A model generated the notes under the pieces. The model did not search any database and was not told the origin of the DNA. It saw nothing but the letters and a program-made list of their open reading frames with translations. Shown here piece by piece: positions 21,260 to 31,562 of a stretch of DNA of 64,000 nucleotides. The position numbers and the translations under genes are program-made. The DNA is from Candidatus Sumerlaeaceae bacterium (GTDB lineage: Bacteria; Sumerlaeota; Sumerlaeia; Sumerlaeales; Sumerlaeaceae): assembly GCA_049968255.1 (NCBI GenBank), contig JBMFRB010000003.1, forward strand, positions 128,898 through 192,897. Reading direction: 5' to 3'. Numbering within the stretch: the first letter of the stretch is position 1; every line of letters starts with the position of its first letter.

Positions 21260-24200
21260 ATGAGGAGCATGGGCAGAATCGTGCGTTTGATAAGCTTTGC
21301 CTTAGGCGCAACGTGGTGCGCCGCGGGACTGGCTGGTCCCGTCATGCTGCAGTATTTTGAAAGCCGGTGGGAAACAATCGAGAAGAAGCTGCCTGACGTC
21401 TATGTGAGTGGTTATTCTGCTTTCTGGCTTCCGCCGCCCGGAAAAGGCGACACGGGCGGTTACTCTGTGGGCTACGACGTCTACGACCGTTTCGATCTGG
21501 GCAAGCCCTTTGACCAAACACTTTACGGTACGGAAGCCAGTGTCAAACAGATGGTGCGTACGGCGCACCGGGCTGGGCTTGATTGTTATTTTGATTATGT
21601 CGTGAACCACAATGGATTCCGCGACATGAGCACGCCTGGCTTCGACGCAGCCGGCGGCTACCCCGGGTTTGTGCTGACCCTGCCCGACGACATTGACGGC
21701 GACTTTCATAGTGCCTTTGCATCGGGCGACCTCGACATGCGCCTGGCTGGTCTCATTGACATTGCCCAGGAAAAGAATCACGTCTTCATCCGCCACCCCG
21801 TGGTGCCAGACCCGCTCAATATTCCGCGCCAGGCCCCCAAGCCGGAAAATCGCCGCTTTTACCCTGATCGCGATCTGTCCCCGAACTCTCTTGGCATTTA
21901 TCCTTTCAATGTCAGCAATCCCATGGCTGGCGACCCGACGCCAGAAAATGCAACGGGGCTATTGCTGCGCTACACGCAATGGATGCTCGAAGTGATTGGT
22001 GCGGACGGCTTCCGCATTGATGCCGAAAAGCACATCCCAGCTTGGTATTTTTACTCGTTTTTCGACAAGGTATGCTACCAGCGGGGTCGTCCCGATCTTG
22101 TCGGTAATCCCCGCACCCCCTACTCGTTCGGCGAGTGTTTCACGGGCGACTTCAACGTCTTGGGGCAGTACCTGCGCAAGGATGGCTTCGGCAACCGTGA
22201 CCTTCTCGACTTTCCGCTCTTCTTCGCTATGCAGAGCGTGTTCAACGCCGGTGGCTTCGGCGACATGCGTCAGTTGGAGTACGCAAGTGTGGACGGTATT
22301 GATGGCAATGCCAACGACGGTTCGGTGGGCGTGACGTTTGTTTCCTCGCACGATAATGGACCGCCGGCCCTCGATAACCTCGCTTATGCCTACATTCTTA
22401 CTCGCACGGGCTTTCCTATCGTGTATTTCAATGCCCACGAGTTTGGCACCGGCCGCTCATTTCCCATTGATGGCCGCGGCGATGCCCTCGGCGGCGACTA
22501 CGGTAACCTTATCCCCCGTCTTGTCGACATAAGCCGCCGATATGCGAAAGGGGCCTACTACACGCGCTGGATTGACCAAGACACCTTTGTGTACGAGCGC
22601 GACAATTCGTTGCTGGTTGGACTCAACGACCGTGGTGACTCTGGCTACGACACGCGCACTGTCAACACGAATTTCCGCAACGTGACGCTCGTTGAGCTCA
22701 CGGGCAACGCTACCGATCCCATTGTGAACGCGAATGGCGACATCTTCCCGATAATCACCATTGGCAACGACGGCGTGGCGACAATTCGCGTCCCACGCAA
22801 CCGCACCAACGCAACCACCCACAACCGCGGTTTCGTCATGTACGGACTTGCCGTTCCTAGCCAAACACAGACAATTGCACCTGTCACGCAGGTACTGGCC
22901 CCCGAAACCACGGCAGTGGCCAACGGCGTGCGCCGCCTCACCCCCGTGAGTGTGATCACCACGACCACCTTCAGCGTCACAGTTCAGACAGCGGCGACGC
23001 CGGCCGAAGATAACGCCCTTATCAAACTCGATGGTGGCGTGCCGATTGATGCCAATCCCGGGCTCTTTCTCACGAGCGGCGAATTCGCCGGCTTCGAGCA
23101 ATTCACGGATGTCAGCAGTCCGCGTGCTTCTGGCGGCACAGGCACCTATAAGCTCACCATTTCGACGGCTGGCTTGGAAGAGGGCTATCATTTCTTGGAC
23201 ACGATCGCCTTCCTGCCGCGTCCTTCTGGCTCTCCAGCTGCCTACTCCTCGAAACGTTCGGTTATCTATTTGGACCGCGTTCCGCCTCCTGTGGCCCTGC
23301 TTTATCCCAGCACCACGGGGACGTCGGACGTGCAGTCGCAGAACTACACAGTTGTGGCGCAGTGCACGGACTTCACAGCGGACTCGATGCACATCTTCTT
23401 CGACCTGCCAGCCTCTTATGACTTTCTCCACAACGTGAACAGCTCGAACCAGATGACGCGGGTGGATCGCAACGAGTTCCGCTTCACTTGGAACAGTATC
23501 ACGCCGGGCAACCACAGCATCACCATCGTGGCGTTCGAGCCCACGGGCAATCACTCGGTCACGCGTTTCGAGCCTGTGAATGCGGTGGTGCCACAACCCG
23601 ATATGGCCTTCGGTGTCGACCTCGATCCGAGTGCTGGCTCGGTGAATTTTCAAGCGGTGCCTTCGACAATATCAACAGCTGCCTATCCTTACGATTTTGT
23701 GGTTCGCGTGAACAACGTTGGACGCTCCTTCCCGACGGATTTCACAGTGTCGCTGGAGGTCGACGGCGTGAGCTATACCGCCCAGCCTTATAACCCCTCG
23801 CTTCTGCCACCCGTGAACAGGCTTGTTCAGAATGATCAGAACCTGAGCGACCAATGGGACGAGTTCCGCTTTCGCTGGAGTGGCTACAGCCGCGGGACGC
23901 ATAATTTCGTGGCTCGAGCGCATCTGACTTCGGGCTCGGCGCCTGAGAACAGTGCGTCAGCGATTGTGCAGGTTCCCGACAGTGTGGCTGGCCCAACGAT
24001 CTCCATCGTTTCACCCACGCCGGGCACGACCCTCAATGCCCCGACCTCTCTCCCGGTCACCGTGGCCACCAACTCACTTGCACGCAGTGCTGCTGCGTTT
24101 ATCACCGTAGACGGCGCATCGCAACTCATTGAAACGAAGAACGACTTCGGCTCGACCACGGTTACGCTGAGCGCGACATGTGGCAATTATTTCCAGAGCG

Positions 24201-25600
24201 ATGCGGGCGCGAAAATCCAGCTGCGAAACGGAACGTGGCCGATCCGTGCGATTGTCTCCACGGGCCCGAATGGAAGTGGAATTGTCTCGGAGGCCGTGAC
24301 TTCGGTCACGATCACCGGCATGGGCGATGTCCCCGTGACGACTTCCCCCGTGATAGACGGCAATATGAGCGAGTTCTTCGATCGGGCACCTTTGGCGGTC
24401 AGTGCTGCCGATGGGGCCGGCAATTCCCCCGCTGTTGCAGATTTTGGCGCCGACGGCAGCCTCACGGAGCTGCATGGCCGAGTGCGCGACGGCGTGCTGT
24501 ATCTTGCGGTCCGTGGCGACATGTTCGACGGAACGAACCCCAATATGAACGCGACAATTCTTTACGTTGACGTGGATGCGGGGGCCGGCACCGGCGCGAA
24601 GAAAATGACGCCGCCTACCGACCTCTCCGACAATTCCACCCCGGATCGAACCCTTGTCTCGAACTCGGGCTTCCAGCTCAGCTCATCGCTCGTGGCGCAG
24701 GGCATAGGTTTTGATGCTGCCGTAATCATCAACGGCACAAACCCGCTTGACTACGAGATAGTCGGGTTTGGCACAGGCGGCGTCGCAGGAAGCCCGTCGA
24801 GCTTCGCCGCCCTGCCGGGGAACCTCGCCTACGGGCGTGGCCTCGGCAGCTACCCTGGCGCTCCAGGCACAACTATCGCTGGCCCCAGTGGATTTGAGGT
24901 TTCTATCCCGCTGGCTGCTCTCGGCAATGCGAATCCGCGGCAGATGCGTTTTGCTGTCGTGACGACATCGGACTCGTCATTCCCCTCGCCGAACACGCTG
25001 CCCGAAAACGCACAGAACACGTTCGATAGCGTACAGACACTCGACAGCGTGGCCGCATTCCCCACGTATCCGCCACTGAAGATCAATGAGGTTTACAACG
25101 GAACGCCAGATTGGGTCGAAATCTATAACCCAGCGACCACAGCGGTAGACCTGTCGCTGTGGAGTCTGCGCTGGGCTGACGGCAATGGTCTCACCGCTTA
25201 TCTTGCGCTTCCTGGTCTGAACGTGGCCGGCCATGGCTATGCCGTCTTGGCGGATGGATCACTTTCGCCGTCGGTGGGGGAGTACTTGCTGAGCTCGAAC
25301 CTGCCCTACTACCCACCTCGGCCGGCCTCAGCAACACTTGTGGATCCTTACGGTATCGCTGTGGACTACGTGCGATGGTACGGGCTAGATTTTAGTACGT
25401 TCGGCGATAGTGCACTGGCCGGAACATCGTTCAGCGACTGGGCAGTGGGATTCGATTCGCAAGTGGCCAACCGGTCTCTCTCACGCGACGCTAACTCGAC
25501 AGACACAGACCAGGCCTCAGATTGGACGCTCAACGGCCCAACTCCCGGCGCACCAAATGTTCCAGTCTCCGTGGCGACGTCGTGGCTTGAGTATGAATAA
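21260..25600 (+). CDS. Secreted multidomain GH13 alpha-amylase family protein with Ig-like and lamin-tail domains
   Basis: Signal peptide; GH13 regions DYVVNH, GFRIDAEKH, FGECF, FVSSHDN; C-terminal INEV..DWVEIYN...TPGAPN lamin-tail domain. Confidence 0.9.
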   Translation: MRSMGRIVRLISFALGATWCAAGLAGPVMLQYFESRWETIEKKLPDVYVSGYSAFWLPPPGKGDTGGYSVGYDVYDRFDLGKPFDQTLYGTEASVKQMVRTAHRAGLDCYFDYVVNHNGFRDMSTPGFDAAGGYPGFVLTLPDDIDGDFHSAFASGDLDMRLAGLIDIAQEKNHVFIRHPVVPDPLNIPRQAPKPENRRFYPDRDLSPNSLGIYPFNVSNPMAGDPTPENATGLLLRYTQWMLEVIGADGFRIDAEKHIPAWYFYSFFDKVCYQRGRPDLVGNPRTPYSFGECFTGDFNVLGQYLRKDGFGNRDLLDFPLFFAMQSVFNAGGFGDMRQLEYASVDGIDGNANDGSVGVTFVSSHDNGPPALDNLAYAYILTRTGFPIVYFNAHEFGTGRSFPIDGRGDALGGDYGNLIPRLVDISRRYAKGAYYTRWIDQDTFVYERDNSLLVGLNDRGDSGYDTRTVNTNFRNVTLVELTGNATDPIVNANGDIFPIITIGNDGVATIRVPRNRTNATTHNRGFVMYGLAVPSQTQTIAPVTQVLAPETTAVANGVRRLTPVSVITTTTFSVTVQTAATPAEDNALIKLDGGVPIDANPGLFLTSGEFAGFEQFTDVSSPRASGGTGTYKLTISTAGLEEGYHFLDTIAFLPRPSGSPAAYSSKRSVIYLDRVPPPVALLYPSTTGTSDVQSQNYTVVAQCTDFTADSMHIFFDLPASYDFLHNVNSSNQMTRVDRNEFRFTWNSITPGNHSITIVAFEPTGNHSVTRFEPVNAVVPQPDMAFGVDLDPSAGSVNFQAVPSTISTAAYPYDFVVRVNNVGRSFPTDFTVSLEVDGVSYTAQPYNPSLLPPVNRLVQNDQNLSDQWDEFRFRWSGYSRGTHNFVARAHLTSGSAPENSASAIVQVPDSVAGPTISIVSPTPGTTLNAPTSLPVTVATNSLARSAAAFITVDGASQLIETKNDFGSTTVTLSATCGNYFQSDAGAKIQLRNGTWPIRAIVSTGPNGSGIVSEAVTSVTITGMGDVPVTTSPVIDGNMSEFFDRAPLAVSAADGAGNSPAVADFGADGSLTELHGRVRDGVLYLAVRGDMFDGTNPNMNATILYVDVDAGAGTGAKKMTPPTDLSDNSTPDRTLVSNSGFQLSSSLVAQGIGFDAAVIINGTNPLDYEIVGFGTGGVAGSPSSFAALPGNLAYGRGLGSYPGAPGTTIAGPSGFEVSIPLAALGNANPRQMRFAVVTTSDSSFPSPNTLPENAQNTFDSVQTLDSVAAFPTYPPLKINEVYNGTPDWVEIYNPATTAVDLSLWSLRWADGNGLTAYLALPGLNVAGHGYAVLADGSLSPSVGEYLLSSNLPYYPPRPASATLVDPYGIAVDYVRWYGLDFSTFGDSALAGTSFSDWAVGFDSQVANRSLSRDANSTDTDQASDWTLNGPTPGAPNVPVSVATSWLEYE

Positions 25601-25672
25601 AAAGTGGCACCGACGATCGCCGCCGTGGCGAGAACAGAGCAGCTGCGTGCATTGATCAGAGACAAGACGAGA

Positions 25673-25696
25673 GGTGGGTCCGTTGTCGGGCCCACC
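25673..25696 (+). terminator. GC-rich hairpin after the GH13 gene
   Basis: ggtgggtccg-ttgt-cgggcccacc stem with one G-U pair; no immediate U tract. Confidence 0.35.
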
Positions 25697-25902
25697 CTCC
25701 TCCGTTTTCGGCTGATGGCAGCGACCCATGGGGCTGCCTTCTTGGGCACGCTAGGCCGCGATAATACCATCCCAACCCCTGGGCGCTCTGGATACCATCG
25801 GGCTAGAGATGATGCGTGGCACTCGAATTGCTTGGCCAGAGTGAGGGAAGAACTTCTCCTGGAATAGGTCTTGTCAACATCGGAAGGATAGGGAGCCGTA
25901 CC

Positions 25903-26139
25903 ATGAAGAACGAGATTTCACGCCGAGTGTGGTTGATAAGCTTGACTGCGCTGCTTGTGGCTACTGTGGTGGCAGGTGCGTTCGCGGACACCACTCACAC
26001 CCTTGCCAAAATCTCCACAACCAAGCCAAAGATTGAATGCCCGGCGAATTATCAAAAAGGATCGCCGGCCTGCAAACGCGCCAAGGCCGAGCACAAATGT
26101 CCTGAACAGCTCGGCGGCAAATGTTTAGCCAAAAAGTAG
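25903..26139 (+). CDS. Small secreted Cys/Lys-rich protein (78 aa)
   Basis: GGGAG RBS, MKNEISRRVWL plus hydrophobic core and AFA cleavage site; mature part has 4 Cys and 10 Lys. Confidence 0.7.
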   Translation: MKNEISRRVWLISLTALLVATVVAGAFADTTHTLAKISTTKPKIECPANYQKGSPACKRAKAEHKCPEQLGGKCLAKK

Positions 26140-26449
26140 GAATGTCGCTTCGTGTCGAGCGGGGCGAGTTGGGATCCCGACACTATAGCCCAACACTCAG
26201 CTCCTGGCCGATAGGGCAGGAGATGCGAAAGCATGTGGTGGCATGTATTTCAGGTGCAGGCATGCCTCTCCTTCTCAGACGTGGAATCATGCGCCTCGCA
26301 TGTGGCGTCGGAGACTTCTCTGTCGAAAAGTGTGGAACCTGCTTAGGGATAGGCAGCCTATCTTCTAAGGATGCCGAGGGCGAACATCACGACATGAGCA
26401 GGGCAGTACTGTCGGCCATTGACCGCACATTCTTGCTGGGGGGCCGAAC

Positions 26450-26944
26450 TCATGCCTTCCAGCGGCGGAGCTCAATAACGATATTGCCCTGTTCGTCGCG
26501 GTGCTCGCTGACCACATTAGCCCCTCGCCGCTCCATTTCAGTGATCACACGGTTGTAGGCGAACTGTTGGATGAGCTGGTAAGCGAATTGCTCACCGATG
26601 GCCCGGAGCTCTGTGACCGTGCGCGTGTCGGGGGCTATGACCTCGATGGAGAATTTGCTGCGCGCATCGCGCTTGAAGACGAGCGTGACGTCGTCACGAA
26701 CAAAGCGCAGCACCTGTTCGCGACCCACTTCTTCTGCCACCACGCCAGCTACGAGCTCATCGAGTGCGAGCCGTACGGTGCGAAGTTTTTTCATTTGGGC
26801 TGTCAGGCGTCCGCGCAGGGGAGCATCGTCGGCACTTGATGTGTAGAGCTTATACCCAAGTGCTCCGGCTGTACTCATCAGGATGGGCCACAGCAGCGGA
26901 AAAGCCCAACCGACCGTCGGTGTTAAGACAAAGATAGCTCCCAT
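26450..26944 (-). CDS. DUF1257/Ycf35-like protein
   Basis: C-terminal QQFAYNRVITEMERRGANVVSEHRDEQGNIVIELRRW resembles the DUF1257 end; hydrophobic N-terminus; start taken as ATG 26944. Confidence 0.6.
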   Translation of the reverse strand: MGAIFVLTPTVGWAFPLLWPILMSTAGALGYKLYTSSADDAPLRGRLTAQMKKLRTVRLALDELVAGVVAEEVGREQVLRFVRDDVTLVFKRDARSKFSIEVIAPDTRTVTELRAIGEQFAYQLIQQFAYNRVITEMERRGANVVSEHRDEQGNIVIELRRWKA

Positions 26945-27055
26945 GACAGTCTCTCTCATGTTAGGGAGAAGGGTCAGCGGACCACAAGTGTTTTCCTGGG
27001 ACCACCAGAACTCGCGAGTCTTGAAGTCAAGGCACACAAGATTGCCCCAATCTCC

Positions 27056-28822
27056 TCACAATCGCCGCGGGCGGTCGCGCCGAGGTGCAATGGTGCGAAC
27101 GGTCTGTTTGCTGTGGATTTGCCGTGCGAGCGCAACTGCGCCTGCCAAGGCATCCAGTGCGTCATCATGTTTCCCATGGGGAAATGTCCGCGCCTCTTCA
27201 TAGAGTTCTTCTGGTAAACCACGCGCGAAACGGATCCATCCCGCAGACACAAGCGGCTCGAGCGAGGCAATGCGTGTGGCCTTGGGGACGACCGCCGACA
27301 CCGCGAGCAGTTTGGGCTGGCTGTGGTCAACCTCGCACGTATGGGCGTTCTGGGCGACAAACGCCTCTTCGAGAATGCGCTGAAACCCCACAGCCTCGTA
27401 ACCGAACGTATGATAATGCCACCGGCGATGGAGCTCGCGAATGCGCTGAAGTTGTGCCGCCGGTGGCACGCGCCCCAACCATAGATCGAGCACGTAAAGC
27501 ACCGCCGTGGCTGGGGACTTGCCAACGGTGGCAATCGCTGCCCAGTCGCCTTTGCCTAGCGATGGATCAAGGAATCCGACAATGATCAGGTCCGAAAGAC
27601 TGAACCTTGCCGGTGGCGCAGCTCCGATGTTGCCGAAATTTTGGGCGCGGTGATGAGCTGCCTGCAACTCTTCGCTGAAAGCCCCAGACTTTACCTGCTC
27701 CCAATCGAAGGTCTTGCTCGGCTGCTGCGCGGCCAGTGCCGATTTCTCTTTATTCCGGACCGTGGCGCGATGAGTTGACGACGAAATTCCCAAGCTTGCC
27801 GTGCGGGCAGGTGGATCTTGTCGAATCATGCCGTCGAGACCCAATGTGAAGTGATGCCATTCTTCTGGGACAAAGAATGTTCCCTCCCCAGGCGGAGGTA
27901 GGTTCTGCTTCTCCTTGTAGAACGCGGGTCGCCCCATCGCCACGAGTTGTTCGACAAGCTCCAAGTAAGATTCTTTCTCCGGCCAAAGCACGCGTGTGCC
28001 AGCCAGCATGGTCTCTTCGTGAGCGTGAAAGAATTTGCGGCCGCGAGCAAGGCGATCACCACGCTCTGGGTCCGTGACAATTTCCCTCCATTGTTGCCAC
28101 AGGGTGGTCTCGGTGGCCCACTGCTCTACGGCTCGGTAGACCCGCACGTCGAAATGTGGCATGCGGGCCAGCTGGGCGAGGAGTCCCTGGCAATGCAGGA
28201 GAGTTCCGACTACCTCGATGTGTGTGGCTGGCTCGCCGAGCGGCTCGATGACTTCGCGATACCAAGCCGCGAGCGCGTCGCGGTAAGCGGCGCAATGCAC
28301 TCGGTCGGATTCCTCCACGTCGTCGAGAATGATCTTTGTCGGGCGTGTCGCGCAGTGGCCAATCCCGCGCAGCTCGCATCCTGCACCAAAGGCACTAATA
28401 CGGGTCGCGCCGGCAACAAGCGTGCGCGCACTGCATTCGCTCGAGCGCGCTGCATGTGGAAACAGCGTGCGCAGCAGTTCGTTCGTAAGTAACTCGTGTC
28501 GAATAGCCCGCAAGCGGCCGATAGCTTGGGTCATCGTCGCGCTGATGAGCACAATGAACCGCTCGCGCCCAAAACAAAGATCGAGCAGCGGCAGCAGCGT
28601 CGAGTGAATCGCCGATTTGGCATGGCCGCGCGGCGCAACTAACACCAGGCGCTTACCCTTGCGCGACGGCCACGCTTGTCCCGCAGTGAGTGCGTCGTAG
28701 CGGGCGAGACTCTCGCGATGCATGCGCGAGAAGGGTAATCGACACCAGTGCGGAAAAAGGAACTGCAAAGCCAGCGCCGAGCTGCACCGAAGCGAATCTC
28801 GTAAGCAGTCAAGATCAAGCAT
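27056..28822 (-). CDS. Phage terminase large subunit homolog (solitary)
   Basis: Walker A APRGHAKS, LRG motif, Walker B IILDDVE, VGT coupling motif, RNase H-like nuclease GFLDPS...GYEAVGFQ...K..RI..L...FPHGKHDDALDA; ORF open to 28867. Confidence 0.88.
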   Translation of the reverse strand: MLDLDCLRDSLRCSSALALQFLFPHWCRLPFSRMHRESLARYDALTAGQAWPSRKGKRLVLVAPRGHAKSAIHSTLLPLLDLCFGRERFIVLISATMTQAIGRLRAIRHELLTNELLRTLFPHAARSSECSARTLVAGATRISAFGAGCELRGIGHCATRPTKIILDDVEESDRVHCAAYRDALAAWYREVIEPLGEPATHIEVVGTLLHCQGLLAQLARMPHFDVRVYRAVEQWATETTLWQQWREIVTDPERGDRLARGRKFFHAHEETMLAGTRVLWPEKESYLELVEQLVAMGRPAFYKEKQNLPPPGEGTFFVPEEWHHFTLGLDGMIRQDPPARTASLGISSSTHRATVRNKEKSALAAQQPSKTFDWEQVKSGAFSEELQAAHHRAQNFGNIGAAPPARFSLSDLIIVGFLDPSLGKGDWAAIATVGKSPATAVLYVLDLWLGRVPPAAQLQRIRELHRRWHYHTFGYEAVGFQRILEEAFVAQNAHTCEVDHSQPKLLAVSAVVPKATRIASLEPLVSAGWIRFARGLPEELYEEARTFPHGKHDDALDALAGAVALARQIHSKQTVRTIAPRRDRPRRL

Positions 28823-30350
28823 AGGGAGTTTGGTGATCTGATATGCAGTCCGGCTGCACCCTTGCACTCATCACAAAAGACGAAGCTTGAGGACAGGCCG
28901 GTTGCGATCGGTTCATCCATGCCACAATTGCACACCGAGGTTCGCCTGATACAGAACTTCCGTTCTTCAGCATCGAATTTCCAGACGAACCATTGTCTCG
29001 CCCGCGTCACTCTCCGACTGTGCAATGCAGCCCCGCTCGCTCTTTACCGGAGTGTAGCGAGCCAGGCCAATCCCTCGTGCACAATCGCCTAGGCGTGGTC
29101 GCATGATCACCTCCGAGGGCTTTGATTCCCTAAGCGACGTATGACCATACACTAGCAACGGGTTCCCGAGCACGCACTTCCCTTGCCGGCGCCTAAGGAC
29201 CATGGAGGTGTTCCTTTTACCCGTCAGCTTTGCCAAGCCGGCAACCACGTTTCCTTCTTTGCGGTTGGCGGCCTCATGACATTCCGAGAAAAGGCCTAGC
29301 GTTCCCGACACTGCTCAGTATTCCGGAACATTCGCGCTTTACTTATAGGGGACCCATTGTTGAAAGGTATGTGTCGCATTGTTTCTAGGTCGTTCACCTT
29401 TTTAGCCGACAGGCAGAGGCTTTGTCTTTGCCCCCCAGTCCGACCGCTGCCATGCGCAAAGCATGACTTAAGAGAAACACCCGGCGAGGATGCTACCTGT
29501 CGAGGTGCACCGGATTGTGCCCGGCATGGTGGTGCGACCCGGACTTCTTCTCTTTCCCAAGGCTTGCTATTTGTCCTTGAGCGGTGAAGGCGGACTACTT
29601 CACGTTGGGGCGTCTTATGACGAAAAGACGGAAGCTCGATGAAAAGGATGCACGCGCGGCCACTAGGCCCCAGGCTCTGCTCTCGCCAGAAGCCTTGACG
29701 CCATTGTTGTGCCGCGAAAACTCTCCTGACGTTTCGAAAGACTTGAATGGGAAACAGGACGGGCAGCGTCGCAGCAAAGACATTTGCGGCCGTTCTCCCG
29801 AGATCGTTTCAGGAGCCCCAGCGGACGAGAGCGCAAACGCTGGGCCTAATGTGGCAAACACGGGGCGGCTTGCGAAGAAACAAAAATTCTTGAAGCTGAA
29901 TGTGGGGCTGCTCGCCGCCGTCGGCAATGATGTTGACGCTGATCTGCCGGGCGCAGCGCAGCGAATGCGTTTGAGACAACCGTGGAGCCTGGTGCAGCCT
30001 GAAAGCGCGCTGCTGGTTTCCGCTGTTCGGCGCACAGGACAAAAACGCTCAAGCACGCTGCTAGCTTACGCCTCTTGGATTCCTCTTTCGATACGGCGTT
30101 TGGTGGACCTGGGCGCGCATTGGTCCCTTCACTGGCGGAGCATCAACACTCTTGCGTGTCGCCCTGCCCGCGAGTGTGGCCGGGAGCGGTTTCGCCCACG
30201 ATGGCATACATTCATCGTTTTCCAAAGTAGTAAGCCAGACTTGTTGCGAATGGTATTCTCTCTGGTTTTCTCTAGCTCAGGCCGCGTGGGGTACGAGTTT
30301 CTCACGCTCCGAGCTGCCATTGTCCATAATCTCGTTGGCGGAGGTCTTTC

Positions 30351-31148
30351 ATGACTGGACATATGCGCATTCTCTTGATTGGCGATATCATGGGGCGGCC
30401 CGGCCGTCAAATTGTCACGCGCCTCGTTCCACGGTGGCGGAGCGAGGGACGCGTGGATTTTGTCTTGGCCAATGTGGAGAACTGCGCGGGCGGCAAGGGC
30501 GTGACCGCCTCCACCGTGCGCGAAATCCTGGATGCCGGCGTGGACATTGCCACCACGGGCAACCATGTGTGGGATAACAAGGACGTTTTCAATTTTATCG
30601 ATTCTGAGCCGCGAATGTTGCGTCCTGCAAACTATCCGCCCTGGGCCGAAGTGCCGGGCCGTGGTTACACCATCGTCGAAAGCGAGGCCGGGCTAGCAGT
30701 CGGCATCATCAATCTGCAGGGACGCGTATTCATGGAGCCGCTGGAATGTCCCTTCCACATGGCCGAGACGCTTGTGGCAGAGTTGCGCCAACGCACACAG
30801 ATTCTTCTAGTAGATTTTCATGCCGAGGCCACTAGCGAAAAGCAGGCCATGGGCTGGCACCTCGATGGGCAAGTGAGTGCCGTCTTTGGCACACACACCC
30901 ACGTACAGACCGCCGACGAACGCCTGCTGCCACAAGGCACCGCCTACATCACGGACCTCGGGATGACGGGGGCACAGGACAGCGTCATCGGCATGAAGCC
31001 CGAGGAAGTGCTCGTGCGATTTCGGCGCGCGCTGCCCGCGCGTTTCGAAGTGGCGGAGAAAAACATGCAAATGTGCGGGGCGATCGTGACCGTGGACAAG
31101 AATACCGGTCGCGCCGTGGCCATCGAGCGGGTACGTGAGCGAATGTAG
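30351..31148 (+). CDS. YmdB/TIGR00282 family metallophosphoesterase
   Basis: IGDIMGRPGR, NVENCAGG, TGNHVWD, DFHAEATSEK, GTHTHVQTAD, TDLGMTG. Confidence 0.95.
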   Translation: MTGHMRILLIGDIMGRPGRQIVTRLVPRWRSEGRVDFVLANVENCAGGKGVTASTVREILDAGVDIATTGNHVWDNKDVFNFIDSEPRMLRPANYPPWAEVPGRGYTIVESEAGLAVGIINLQGRVFMEPLECPFHMAETLVAELRQRTQILLVDFHAEATSEKQAMGWHLDGQVSAVFGTHTHVQTADERLLPQGTAYITDLGMTGAQDSVIGMKPEEVLVRFRRALPARFEVAEKNMQMCGAIVTVDKNTGRAVAIERVRERM

Positions 31149-31562
31149 CGGGGTTCCGCAAGACGTCATTCGGTCCCCATCACGCTTGTTGTGGGGGAGA
31201 CACGGTCGCGAGAGAGGCTTCGTAATCGTTTGCCTAAGCTCTCACGCCTTCTGCATGGGGGAGATGGTAAGCCCAGCGATGGGGAGCGGAGGAACGCACG
31301 GACAAGCTCTTGTCCTTCGGTGATGAGCACGCATCAACCCTCCTTGACCAGAGCAATGGACATGGGCGTCTTCGTTGCGAGCAGCCGTAGCATAGCTCTC
31401 TCTCCCAAACACCCGAAATTTCCCGAGACCCTAATCTCAACGTTACGCAGAGCTTATTGTCGTTTATAAAAATCGTTCTCATCACGTCCATCAGGGGCCA
31501 TTCTGGCTTGAGTCTTGTCCTCGCTTGCCATTCTGAAAAGATCTGAATATTCGGGAAAGGGT

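Noticed and set aside
22457-23653. 398-aa minus-strand ORF and many similar nested ORFs
   Set aside because: Antisense to well-supported genes; expected in GC-rich DNA
29821-29880. GCGCAAA...GGGCCTAA segment resembling part of a c-di-GMP-I riboswitch
   Set aside because: The upstream GGCAAA/GAAA tetraloop stem is missing and the pairing does not fit
26450-30350. Prophage call around the terminase
   Set aside because: No integrase, structural genes, att repeats or compositional shift seen
29584-30354. 256-aa plus-strand ORF abutting the YmdB-like gene
   Set aside because: No domain motifs and atypical composition; cannot be supported as a gene
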